Assembly: GCF_006345805.1 (NCBI RefSeq)
Contig: NC_043017.1
Span: forward strand, 19,840,001 to 19,904,000
DNA length: 64,000 bases
From: Octopus sinensis
Lineage: Eukaryota
Direction of reading: 5' to 3'
Part shown: piece after piece, positions 25,655 through 38,374 of the stretch
Numbering within the stretch: the stretch's first letter is position 1
Layout of the letters: each line of letters opens with the position of its first letter
Notes under the pieces: model-generated
Database searches by the model: none
Told to the model about the DNA's origin: nothing
The model's input: only the letters and a program-made list of their open reading frames with translations
Position numbers and translations under genes: made by a program

Positions 25655-26350
25655 GAGAAAGAGAGAGAGATGGAAAAAAATTTTTCCACAGAAGGCAAAA
25701 GATGGATATATTTAGAAATGATTATCTTCCCTTGAGCCGCAAATCTCTCTTGTTCTCTGTCTACTACAGTATATACAGCTTCCTGTAACAGTATCACCAT
25801 ATATATACATACACACACACATATATACACATACATATACATATGAGTGAAAAGACAAATGAAAGAAAGAGGAACTCAACATACATTTAAAGACATTTTG
25901 GTTCGGTCATGTGCAGTTTGAAGTTTCATGAGCTTGTCCCTTGAGATTGACAAGGTAGGTTCCTGTGATGATGATGATCATCATCATCATTTAGCGTCCG
26001 TTTTCCATGCTAGCATGGGTTGGACGGTTCAAGTGGGGTCTGGAAGCCAGAAGGCTGCATCAGGCCCAGTCTGATCTGGCAGTGTTTCTACAGCTGGATG
26101 CCCTTCCTAACGCCAACCACTCCACGAGTGTAGTGGGTGCTTTTTACGTGCCACCCACACAGGAGCCAGACGGAGCTGGCAAACGGCCACGAATGGATGG
26201 TACTTTTTACGTGCCACCGGCACGGGGGCCAGGCGAGGCTGGAGCCTGCAAAACCTTAAGTTGCATGGGGCCGAATCAAACTGTTTTTAAATAACCATAA
26301 TCATAACAATAATAATAATTTTAATGATAACAATGATAATAAAAATAATA

Positions 26351-26560
26351 GCAAACATGATACCAATCATAATTGGTGTACTTGGATGTCTCAGCGCTCA
26401 ACTACCAGCATGGTTGAAAAAGACTGGTGCAAGCGTGAAAGTAGAACACCTACAAAAATCAGCATTGCTTGGAACTTGTAAGCAAGTGTCACCTTAGTCT
26501 GCTGGCTGTGGACAACTGACACTTTCCATCATACCCAGCAAAATACGCTCTGAGTTTTCA
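26351..26560 (+). pseudogene. 3' end of an R4/Dong-like RLE retrotransposon (second family)
   Basis: Translates MIPIIIGVLGCLSAQLPAWLKKTGASVKVEHLQKSALLGT, homologous to the C-terminus of the neighbouring ORF (PFIVGALG..IQKIALLGT); (AAT)n flanks. Confidence 0.75.
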
Positions 26561-26640
26561 TATAATAATGATAATCATAATAATAGTAATAAGGATAACA
26601 ATTATTATTATTATATTATTATTATTATTATTATTATTAT

Positions 26641-27078
26641 CATTCAGTAGTTTTATTTTTATAGCGTGCTTTCACTTCACTACCGAGCACAGCTCTGTGT
26701 GCCTTGGGTATGTGCTGTGATTTGTTGTGATGCTCTGATGGTTACTGTATTGAAAGTGTTCTGCCTAGGATGTGTGTAGTGCCTAGTAGTGCAATTTTCT
26801 GTATGTTATATGTGTTTGTAAGTCCTGGTGTTTTTGTTATGTATTTGGCTGAATATTTTTTTATCATGCCCAATGCACCTACTATGAAAGGCATTGTTTC
26901 TGTTTTTAGATTCCACATTTGAGTTACCTCTATTTCCAGGTCTTTGTATTTTGAAAGTTTCTTCATTTCTTTTAGCGACACGTTGTCATCTGCTGGTATT
27001 GATGCATCAATTAGAAAGCATTTTTTTTCTTCATGATCTCTGACAACTATATCTGGTCTGTTGGCCTTAATTTCTCTA
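26641..27078 (-). mobile_element. 5'-truncated R4/Dong-like retrotransposon: restriction-like endonuclease domain plus 3' UTR
   Basis: NRPDIVVRD..CFLID.SIP.DDN...KE..KLSKYKDL..PFIVGALG (PD-(D/E)xK-type RLE); both ends in (TAA)n. Confidence 0.88.
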
Positions 27079-27304
27079 TTATTATTATTATTATTAAGAA
27101 TTGTTAGCACACTGGGCAAAATGCTTAGTGGCATTTTGCCTGTCATTACATTCTGAGTTCAAATACCACTGAGATCAACTTTGCCTTTCATCCTTATGGG
27201 TCAATAAAATAAGTCCCAGTTATGTACAGGGGTTGATTAGTCCCCTCCCTCACTATTTCAGGCCTTGTGCCTATAGTAGAAAGGATTATTATTATTGGTA
27301 GTAT

Positions 27305-27336
<32 letters not shown>

Positions 27337-27425
27337 TTGCTGTTGTTGTTGTAAAACAATATAAAATAACTGTGGCCCGAGAAAAAAAAAAAACTAAATT
27401 AATTGTTACAATACTTGTCCCTGCT

Positions 27426-27439
27426 GTTGCTATGGTTAC
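27426..27439. promoter_or_regulatory. RFX X-box-like motif GTTGCTATGGTTAC
   Basis: Near-palindromic match to the X-box consensus in non-repetitive DNA. Confidence 0.4.
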
Positions 27440-27643
27440 ACTTTCAGATTGTTATACTATCTGAAGGGTATTGATCCACTTGTTGTAGTACGACTTAGAA
27501 AAATCACCAGGGCACTGTCAATAAGTAGGGCATTGCTGAAGAGTAGATGAGATGAAAGCTTCTTATAATTTTGGTCTACGCCCCTTTTCTATCTACATGA
27601 CATGTTTGTGTATGTGAGTATGCAATTATAGAATTGCATAGAA

Positions 27644-27872
27644 GTGCAGGCATAGCTGTGCAGTAAGATGTTTGCTTACCAACCACATGGTTCCAGGTTC
27701 AGTCCTACTGCGTGGCACCTTGGGCAAGTGTCTTCTACTATAGCTTCGGACCAACCAAAGCCTTGTGAGTGGATTTGGTAGATGGAAACTGAAAGAAGCC
27801 TACCACATATACATGTGTGTGGGTATGTATGTGTGTATATATATATGTATATATGTATATGTGTATATATAT

Positions 27873-27940
<68 letters not shown>

Positions 27941-28260
27941 AATCACATATATTGGATTTACTCCAATATATATGTGTGCATGTGTGTGTATATATATATA
28001 TATTATATATAGATATAGATATGTACATGTGTGTGAGTGTGCCTTTGTGTCTGTGTTTGTCCCTCAACACCATTTGATAACTGGTGTTGGTCTATTTATA
28101 TTCCCGTAACCTAGCAGTTCAGCAAAAGAGACCAATAGAATAATTACCAGGCTTAAAACGAGAAAGTACTGGGGTTAATTCTTTTGACTTAAAATAAGTC
28201 ATCAAGGCGGTGCTGCAGCATGGCCGCAGTTTAATGACTGAAACTAGTAACAGGTAAAAG
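27644..28260 (+). mobile_element. Full-length family-B SINE (tRNA-like head, CORE-like gcaccttgggcaagt, internal TA/TG microsatellite, CR1-like tail)
   Basis: gtgcaggcatagctgtg..ggttcagtcc..; tail ggcggtgctgcagcatggccgcagtttaatgactgaaac. Confidence 0.9.
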
Positions 28261-28422
28261 GTGTGTGGGTGTTTGTGTGTATGTGTATGTGTGTGTGTAT
28301 GCATGTGGGAGTGTGTGTGTGTGTGAATACTTGTATTATGGTTGATGTTGGACGACTTAAACCCTTTCCGCATATTTGAGGCCTTGTGCTTTCAGTAGAA
28401 AGTATTATTATTATTATTATTA

Positions 28423-28863
28423 TTGAGTGAGAGAGCAGTGCATGCCATCAAAGTGACACTGGGGTAAAATATACGAAGCCCAATATACCCATCATGACTA
28501 CCCGTCTGATAAAGGTACACCAGGCACATGCATCACAACCATATGTGCGCGACATGGTGATCTCATATCAAGATAAACAGCACATGACCTTGCAGGTGGG
28601 GCCCAGTTAGAATTTTCTTCAGGTCGAGTAGCCCATCCCGCTCAAACGGTCCCTGAATAAGGGTTGTTTAAGGATGTTGAAAGAACCACCCATGTTTCCA
28701 GAGGTGAACTATTCAAACCCCAAAGAATCCCTCTCAACACATGGCTATGATGCTCCCCCACTACTTCTGCTCGTGATCAGAAATGCACATATCGTCAGCC
28801 GCTAAGGGACATGCTCAACTGGTTAAGGTCAAACAACTGACAAGCAAATCTGTGGTATTGAGC
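28423..28863 (-). mobile_element. Second copy of the (AAT)n-targeting retroelement 3' fragment
   Basis: Reverse complement of ~6440-6880 with few differences; (TTA)n on both sides. Confidence 0.85.
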
Positions 28864-28877
28864 TATTATTATTATTA

Positions 28878-29577
28878 AGATGGTGAGCTGGCAGAGTTGT
28901 TAGCACACCAGATGAAATGCTTAGCAGTATTTCACCTGTTGCTATGTTTGGAGTTCAAATCCCACCGAGGTCGACTTTACCTTTCATCCTTTCAGGGTTG
29001 ATAAAATAAGTACCAGTTGTACACTGGGGTCAATGGAATCGACTTGTCCCCCCCAAAAAATTACTGTCTTTGTGTCAAAATTTGAAACCATTATTAATAT
29101 TATTATTATTATATTATTATTATTAATGTGGCGAGCTGGCAGAATCGTTAGTTTTGCCAGGCGAAATGCTTAGTGGTATTTTGTCTATCACTATGTTCTG
29201 AGTTCAAATTCGGTGAAGGTCAACTTTGCCTTTCATCCTTTTGGGGTCGATAAATTAAGTACCAGTGAAATACTGAGGTTGATGTAATTGACTAGGTCCC
29301 TCTCCTGAAAATTCAGGCCTTGTGACAAAATTTGAAACCATTATTATTTATGCTGGTGAATTGGCAGAATCGTTAGCACTCAGGGGTAGATGCTTAGCGG
29401 CATTTTGTCTGTCTCTATGATCTGAGTTCAAACTCCACAGAGGTCGACTCTGCCTTTCATCTTTTTTTTTTTGGTGGGGTGGGGTCAATAAAATAAGTAC
29501 CATTTGAGTGTTGGGGGTCGATATAATCGACTTACCCCCTTCTCCGAACTTGTTGGTCTTGTGCCAAAATCTGAAAC

Positions 29578-29580
<3 letters not shown>
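28878..29580 (+). mobile_element. Three head-to-tail family-A SINEs linked by (ATT)n
   Basis: Copies at ~28878-29090, 29127-29342 and 29352-29580. Confidence 0.88.
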
Positions 29581-29616
<36 letters not shown>

Positions 29617-29775
29617 CTTTATTAGCAGCAGTAGTACAATTGCATAGATGATTGATGATTGAAAATTGAAGAAAAAAGCAAAAAAAAAAAAAAAAACCCC
29701 AAACAAATAATGAAAAACAACATCCCACCCTCTGCCTCTGTGCCCTAAAATAAAGTTACAACACTTTGTGATGCA

Positions 29776-29789
29776 GTTGCTATGGTAAC
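29776..29789. promoter_or_regulatory. RFX X-box GTTGCTATGGTAAC
   Basis: Strong match to the 14-bp imperfect palindrome GTTGCCATGGCAAC within a non-repetitive island. Confidence 0.5.
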
Positions 29790-31372
29790 AGTTTTCGATA
29801 CTGTCATAATGAAAGGGAGGGTTCTTGCCTCGACTTGATAAAACTCAAGACAAATCGTTAACAAGTAAATATGTGTCTGGCTGGCCGCTCCACCACCTTT
29901 CCGATGTCGACCCCCCCACCCCCACTGCAGCTCCTTCTTCCTCCCCAACGCCACTCCTGTACACTTTCCCTTTTCAATATATTATAATATACCTAGCAGT
30001 AGGGCCGAAAGGAAGTGTGGGGGGGGATGAAAAGAAGAAGACGGCAGAAGCAGAGGGGGTAGTGGTAGTGGTGGCAGTGGAGGAGGTGGTGTTGGCGGTG
30101 ATGGTGGTGGTGGTGGAGGAGGAGGTGGTGGTGGGTGTTGAATGTTTAATTGATTTTTGCTAAATGCATGAGAAATTTTCATCAGGGCAGATTTTTTTTC
30201 CTCATTATCATTTCTTCTTTTTATTCTGTAGTAGTAGTAGTATTAGTAGTAGTTGTTGTTGTTAGTGTGTGTGTGTGCATCTGTATGCGTGTAGGGTGTG
30301 TATGTCTTTACATTACTGCCAGGAGAATGTAATAGAAGAGTGGGGTTACAGGAACAAAAATGGGAATGATATATACATATATATATATGTGTATATATAT
30401 ATATGTGTGTGTGTGTGTATCCATATGCTTATATTATCCATACACATGTATGTATATATATGTATTGCCCTCTCACTCTCTTTTTCTATATAGACACACA
30501 CACACACATAACATACACCCACCACATACAAACACACACACGGACATATCGGTGTAAGACCCTATATGTGCATATGTGTGCATGCATGCATGCATGTATC
30601 ATGACATTCGATATCAGCCCTAATCGAACAAGTGGATGATAATCATAAAGCTGAATTCCAACTATGACCATCCCATCTACATTTTTTAAGAAGCTGCTCA
30701 GACTACCTTACCTAATATGTCCTTCTTCCCATATTTAAGATGTTTTGGAGGATATGGTTTCAGAGACATTTGACTGCAAGTTCTAACAAGACAAGCAACC
30801 AACACAATGCACCTTCATTGGATCAAGCATGAAATTCCCCGTGTGCCTCTCTCGTTCACATACACACACACAAAACTAGCACTAAGGAAGATATTCATGA
30901 GACTGATACTGTTATGTGGTTGGTTCAATCTCTTTACACAAATGCCTACAAGAGAAAACAATTTCTGCTCTAGTCTTGAGCCATTCAATGCCTTGTATGG
31001 CAATCTGGTTGTTGTGTGTGTGAATGTCTATATGTGTGTGTGTGTGTGTGTTTGTGTGAGTGTATATATATGTATGTATGTATGTATATATAATCGATCA
31101 GACCGCATGGGTAATCGTCGCCCGTGTAGGTCTGATAAATTGCATCGATGACAAATGTTGCTGATGATTTATAGATATAAATGTGAGTATAATTTGCATA
31201 TTATATTGATAAAGAAACAATTGTACAACATTAATCTACTTTTTAGTTGTATTTCACTTTCCTTACGTTGAGGGTAGTGCTATTTCTATGTGGAGGTATC
31301 GTCAGCAATTATACCGGAGGAGCTATTTCTAGCACTAGAGTTAACCTATTTAACGTTAACTCTCTTATATTT

Positions 31373-31384
<12 letters not shown>

Positions 31385-31404
<20 letters not shown>

Positions 31405-31600
31405 TACAGACACGAAAGTAACATTTTAAATGCAGTATAGTAGAAAGACAGGGTATTTTATCCTTATATAAGATGAAGAAAGTTGCCAGCTAGAAGGTTG
31501 CGAAACAGCTGTAACCTTATGAAAGTCAAGTAAATCTATATTCGTCTTAAGAAAATAAGTCCCCCACACAAAAAAGTAAATACTAGGGTTTATTTATATG
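31385..31600 (+). mobile_element. Penelope-like terminal fragment with a decayed hammerhead motif
   Basis: ataag-aTGAAGA..cGAAA-cagctg-TA-accttat (palindromic stem III); follows (TA)n. Confidence 0.5.
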
Positions 31601-32051
31601 GCTTAACCCTCCAAGACAGTGCTCCAGCATGGCACCAGCCCAATGACTGAGCCAAGTAAAAGAATAAAAGAATATTATTAAGAGGGCTCTATCCCATTTG
31701 TGGTTTCATCCCACCTGCCCCCTGTTACCATTCACATTACTACTGCAGAGATAATCTTCTGGTAGAATTTTTAATTATATTTTTTGATTGGGCGTTGAAG
31801 GGCATCACCGTTTACTATTATCTCCTCCCAGAGGCCCACAATGATTTATGGTCTTTTATGACTATTAAGTGTTTTGACAAAAGCAATAAGGACACACAGA
31901 CAAAATAAACAAGCATAAAAATTTACAAAACAGTAAAATTTATGAAATAATTAAAAAATAAAATGAAACTATAAAACAAAATAAAAAATAGACATAAATA
32001 TGTATACGAACACACACATATACATAACGTGTGAATACATGAATACTGTGC

Positions 32052-32090
<39 letters not shown>

Positions 32091-33019
32091 TATTGTGTCT
32101 ATATATATATATTATATACACATATGTACATCATAAATAAAAATATAAAATGAACATAATTATTAGCTAAATAAAAAAATATATAAAATAATTTCAATAA
32201 ATATGTGTATGTGTGAGTTGTGTGTGTATGTGTGAGTTGTGTGTGTATGTGTGAGTTGTGTGTGTGTGTGTGTGTAAATATAAATAAAGAAATAGTCAAG
32301 TTCACATATAAAAGTAAAAACATAGATATACCTAAGTCTACCTTGGATTCTACAACCTGAACAGGAAGTAGCAATATAAACAAAATTAACTGATAATACA
32401 AAGAAAAAAAGATAAATAAAAAGAATAAAAACAGTAAAGTCATAAAAAAACAAAACAAAAACCCCCATGAAAACCCGTGAAAGGATTGAACAAACAAAAC
32501 CGACCGAACCAACTGGCTGGAGCAGAACTGAAACTAGACCGGAACAAAAGCTGAGGGAAGGGGAAATCTGCCATAAAACATGAAAATTATGTTTAAAATG
32601 AACAGAGAGCAAGATTTACATTTTGACTGGAAAAAAAAAAAAAATCATAAAATGAAGAATTGGAAAGAAAGAAAAAGGAAAAAAGAAAACAGCACAAAAT
32701 TAAAACAAAAAAAATAACAAAAATGACACAAAAAATATGTAAATATAAAATGAAAGTAGCTCACCCCCCCCACTGCCGTGCACCAGATTGAAGCAACAAT
32801 ACATGTGCTAATAATAAATGAGTCAATGAAAGGGGGCCTTTGTGTGGTTATTGGCTAGGTTAAAAATAGCAGTCAAAATCTGCTTGAAATTATACTTAGG
32901 AAGTACACTTTGAATAATGCAGCAAAGCTATATGAGGAAACAAAAATAGTAAAGAAAAAAAATGGGGTGGCCATAAATGGAAAGCCTTTGATCATACAAC
33001 AGTAATATACATATGCTGC

Positions 33020-33773
33020 CAGGATGTATGGCCCAGTGGTTAGGGTGTTGCACTCAAGATTGTGAAATTGGGGTTTCAATTCCTAGATCAGGTGGTGTGT
33101 TGTGACCTTGGGTAAAACACCTCATCTCACATTGCTCTGCAATCACTTCAACATCTGATGTGGGGCACATCATGCCCCTCGAGAATTTGATGGAGGAAGT
33201 GAGCTTATGTACAGCACATACATTTGATCGCAATCATGAGGTAGTGAGTTCGATTCCTGGACTGGGCTGTGAGTTGCGTTCTTGAGCAAGACGCTTTACT
33301 TCACGTTGCTCCAGTTCACTCAGCTGAGTTGTGACATCACTAATACCAAGCTGTATCAGCCCCTTTGCTTTTCCCTTGGATAATATTGGTGGCATGGAGA
33401 GAAGAGGCTGGTATGCATGGACAACTTTGATTGCGGCCATGCTGGAGCACCGCCTTTATTCAAACAAATCGACTCAAGGACTTATTCTTTGTAAGCCTAG
33501 TACTTATTCTATCGGTCTCTTTAGGTGAACTGCTGGTATGGGGATGTAAATACACCAACATCGGTTGTTAAGCGATGGTGGGGGGACAAACAGACACACA
33601 CACACACACGTACACATACACATGTATATACGAAGGGCCTCTTTCTGCATCTGTCTACCAAATCCACTCACAATGTTTTGGTTGACCTCAGGCTATAATA
33701 GAAGACACATGCCCAAGGTGCCACGCAGTGGAACTGAACCCAGAACCATGTGGTTGGGAAGCAAGCTACTTAC

Positions 33774-33811
<38 letters not shown>

Positions 33812-34255
33812 AACAGACTGTATATTGTGTATACTGTATATATTGAAACAGACTATATTTGTCATATATTACAAGTATGTTCTTATTGATTTAACATCTA
33901 CTTTCCCATGCCTGCATGGGTTAGATGAAATTTGCTGAGGTAAATTTTGTATGGCTGGATGCTCTTTCTGTCACCAACTTTCACTTGTTTCTGAGCAAGG
34001 TGAAGTTTCCTCCTATGGTTGATCGTTTATTCGGAGAAGACCGGAAATGCATGACACCACTTTGATGACAGTCAAGACAAAGATGATGATGACGATGATA
34101 ATAATAATAATAATAATAATAATATAGGCACAAGGCCTGAAATTTTGGGGAGGGGACTTGTTGATTTAATTGACCCCAGTCTTTCACTGGTACTTATTTT
34201 ACTGACCCCGGAAGGGGATAAATGGCAAATTCGACCATTCCGCCAGCTCCCTGCC
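33020..34255. mobile_element. Nested SINE cluster: family C (33020-33420,+), family B (33430-33778,-), RTE-tail variant (33890-34080,-), family A (34125-34255,-)
   Basis: Diagnostic motifs of each family as listed for other copies. Confidence 0.8.
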
Positions 34256-34829
34256 TTTACACTGACTCATATATTAGCATAAGTTTTGTTGTTGTTGCAA
34301 CAAAAACTACAACAACAATAACCAGTTTATCTACTTAAAGTGCAGTATTGGTGATGAGGCGGCGGAGATGATTGTGGTCGTGGTGGTGGTGGTGTTTGTA
34401 AAATGAAAAAAAAAAAGAAAAAAAAAAGAAAAGAAAACTACTAAATTAAAAAAAAATTGACAGCAACATGTTCAGTGATTTTGGTATCAATTAAAATCTG
34501 TAAACAATAACTCTGAATAAATTTCTTGTTAAAGACCGTTTCTACAGAATGTCCTTGTTTTTCTTCCTCTTCCATCCCTTCCCATCGTTTATTTTAAGGA
34601 AATTGCACATCTGATAGAAACTCCCTTTCCCATCAGCACACACGGATACATACATATGCATGCACTCACACACAAACTGTCACTCATGCACGCACTCACA
34701 CAAACATATGTACCACTGGACCAGTCCTTTTCACATACATACGTTCAAACACTCACATACAACCACAGTCTCATACATACACATACATGCAAAAACACAC
34801 AAACACACACACAAACTCTTTCATATACA

Positions 34830-35200
34830 CACACACACGAATACATACACACACATGAATACACATGCACACATACATATGCACGCACACATGCACACAC
34901 ACTTCTGTACATACAAATACATGCATTTTACACATGAATACATACACACACATGAATACACACACACCACACACACATGCACACATACATATGCACGCAC
35001 ACATGCACATACACACACACACTTCTGTACATACAAATACATGCATTTTACACATGAATACACACACACACACACCACACACACATGCACACATACATAT
35101 GCATGCACACATGCACACACACACACACACACACACACACTTCTGTACATACATATACATGCATTTTACATACAAATACACACACACATGAATACACACA
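34830..35200. repeat. (CA)-rich tract with three ~120 bp higher-order units
   Basis: acacacttctgtacataca.atacatgcattttaca recurs near 34900, 35020 and 35140. Confidence 0.8.
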
Positions 35201-35689
35201 TAAACTATCATACACACATGCATATACACATGCACAAGAACTCTTTCACACACACACACACACACACTCCGCAGCTGTAAATTGCCTGTTTACCACAAAT
35301 GGACCCTATCTAACACTGAAAGTGTTTTTCAGCTCCGCAAAAAAAGGGGTCAGAAGCATTAGCAGAGAGTGGGGGGGGAGATGTGATGATGAAGATTGGT
35401 GGTGTGTACATATGGGTGTGTGTTGCGGGGTGGGGTGGGGTGGGGTGGCAGAAAGGGCTGCAGAACTGCAGTTTGGTGCAATATCATCGAGGTTGGGTGT
35501 AGTGGGGTGGGGTGGTGGAGGAGTGGCAGACAAGGACATCAGCTCCCTATCTGATAGTCCTTCCATCATATGCATCTTCCCTCCCATTTTGGAACACCTC
35601 CCCCACTCCACCCTCTGCCTGCACTGCTCCCCCACCCATATCCCCCAGACATGGACCTTATTGCACTGGGAGGTGATCGCTGTAGTGCT

Positions 35690-35701
35690 GGTGGTACTGG
35701 C

Positions 35702-35733
<32 letters not shown>

Positions 35734-36330
35734 TGTTGGTGGTGGTGGTAGTAGGAGTGGTAGTGATAGTGGTGGTGTCGTGATGCTGCTGATACAGTTG
35801 GGGTAGTAGTATTGATTATGCCATTACAGTGATGGTAGTAGTAGTGTTGGTGGTGGTAGAAGTGGTAATGATAGTGGTGGAGGTATTAGAGGTAATGGTG
35901 ATACAGTTGGGGTTGTAGTATTGATGATGGCATTACAGTGATGGTAGTAGTTGTGTTAATGGTGGTGGTAGGAGTGGTAGAGACAGTGGTGGAGGTATTA
36001 GTGGTGGTTGTAGTAGTGATGGTGGCAGTGGTGGTGTGGTGGTAGTGGTGCTGATAGAATTGGGGTAGCAGTATTGATGATGCCATTACAGTAGTAGTAG
36101 TAGTGTTGGTGGTAGTCGGCATAGTAGTGGAGGTATTGGTGGTTGTAGTAGTGGTGATGGTAGCAACAGTAGAAGTAGTGGTAGAGGCTCATGACAGTAG
36201 AAATGGTGGTGATAGTAGTGGTGTTTGTGGTGGTGATACTAGAAGTTGTAGTAGTAGTAGTAATGGTGGTAATGGTAGCAGTTGCAGTGGTAATCCTATT
36301 ATTAGCGGAAATTGGTGGTGTGGTGGCTAG
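35690..36330. repeat. (GTA/GTG)n tract with three 110-150 bp higher-order units
   Basis: gata.a.ttgggg.t.g.agtattgat.atg.cattacagt recurs near 35790, 35900 and 36053. Confidence 0.8.
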
Positions 36331-36516
36331 GGCGGCAAGGAAACTATACTGACCATATTAATGGTAAATACAAGCTGGCCATTTGGAACAGGCCTTTGTC
36401 TTTGTCTCCCTGTGTCTGTCTGATTCTTTGTCTGTCCGTCCGTCCGTCTCTCTTGTGAAACCTGTTGGTGGTAGTGGTGTTGGTGTTAAAATCGGGAATT
36501 CTAATATAGGTATACT

Positions 36517-36711
36517 CTTTTACTCTTTCACTTGTTTCAGTCATTTGACTGTGGCCATGCTGGAGCACCACCTTTTATAGACTTATTCTTTGGAAGCCTA
36601 GTACTTATTCTATCGGTCTCTTTTGCCGATCCACTAAGTTACGGGGACATAAACACACCAGCATTGGTTGTCAAGCGATGCTGGGGGACAAACACAGACA
36701 CTCAAACATAT

Positions 36712-36750
<39 letters not shown>

Positions 36751-36916
36751 CATACATATATATATACGATGGGCTTCTTTCAGTTTCTGTCTACCAAATC
36801 CACTCACAAGTCTTTGGTCAGCCTGAGGCTATAGTAGAAGACACTTGGAGTGGGAATGAACCCGGAACCATGTGGTTGATAAGCAAGCTACTTACCACAC
36901 AGCCACTCCTGCGCCT
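36517..36916 (-). mobile_element. Full-length family-B SINE
   Basis: cttgtttcagtcatttgactgtggccatgctggagcacc..cttaccacacagccactcctgcgcc. Confidence 0.9.
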
Positions 36917-37435
36917 ATGGCATAGGTAGGAAGGAAGTAAAGAGGGGGGAATATGCATATATGTGTGTGTGTAAGTGTGTGTGTGCGTGTGTGTAAGCAT
37001 GTGTGTGTGTGTGTGTGTAAGTGTGTATCTACATGCATATAGGGTGAAAGTTGATATCTACATAATTGACTGGTCCTTATTTTAACTGACCCCCGAAAGG
37101 ATGAAACGTAAAGGTAGCCTTGGCAGAATTTGAACTGAGAACATCAAGAGCTGGAAGGAATGCCACTGAGTGTTTTACCCTATACACAAACGATTCTGCC
37201 AGCTTACCACAACAACAATAACAATAATGTGTGTGTTTATGTGTGTATGTGCTGGCATGTAGGTGTGTAAATATATGTGCCTGTATGTGTGTGTGTGTGT
37301 ACTATTAAATTAAGATCAGCTGTAAACAAATTTCAACATATTTTGTCATAGATTCTATTGAATTTTTTTTCTTCTTCACTCTAAATCACATTTACCTATT
37401 CTACATTCAATGTATTGTTTCTATTATTTCGCAAA

Positions 37436-37473
<38 letters not shown>

Positions 37474-38374
37474 TACTATAGCTGTTGTTGTTATTATTAT
37501 TATTATTACTATAGTTGTTGTTGTTATCATTATTATTATTATTATTATTGTTATTATTATTATTATTATTACTATAGTTGTTGTTATTATTATTATTATT
37601 GTTATTATTGTTATTATTATTATTGTTATTATTATTATTATTATCATCACTGCTTTTCAGAAGAAATCTCAAGAGATGTATTCACTTTCTCTCAATTTAT
37701 ATTTTTCATTCATTTATTCATTTGTCTGTTTTCTTCCCCAATTTTCTCTCATTTTTTGATTCTCAACAGAATAAGGATCTATTCAAGAGACTTCAGAAAG
37801 GAGAAAAAAAAAAGAAATAAAAAAATTATTAAAAAAAAACAAAAACAAAACAAAACAAAACAAATTAAACATGCTGTGGAGCGTTCATTGTAAAATCATA
37901 ATTCCCATGGAATGTTCTAGTTCTTTTTTGCTTTAATATGTATTTTTATATATTTATATTTACAGACCTTATGTACATATTTTTAGGTATTTTTTAACTT
38001 GACAAAGGAGCATAATCTGAAACATCAAACTCTGTTCTATTTCTTCCCTTGCAGCGTAAAATTAATTATCTTGTTCTACTCCAGTTTGTTGCTGTTGCTG
38101 TTTTGTGTTCTTGCAACTTTTTTGGAATATCCTCAACCACACTCTAACATAGCTACCTTCAGATTACATTACTGTGAATTTGAATGTATAGTACTGACAT
38201 CGTCGTTGTCGTGGCATTTAATCTGGCTTTTTACACTCTGAGCCCAAATGCCTTACATCCATTCAGGGATGATAAAATAAAATACCAGTTGCATCAACTG
38301 CTGTTGATGCAAAACGACCTGCGCCCCAACCTAAAATGATTGGATTTGTGCCAAAATTAGAAACTTATTAACAC

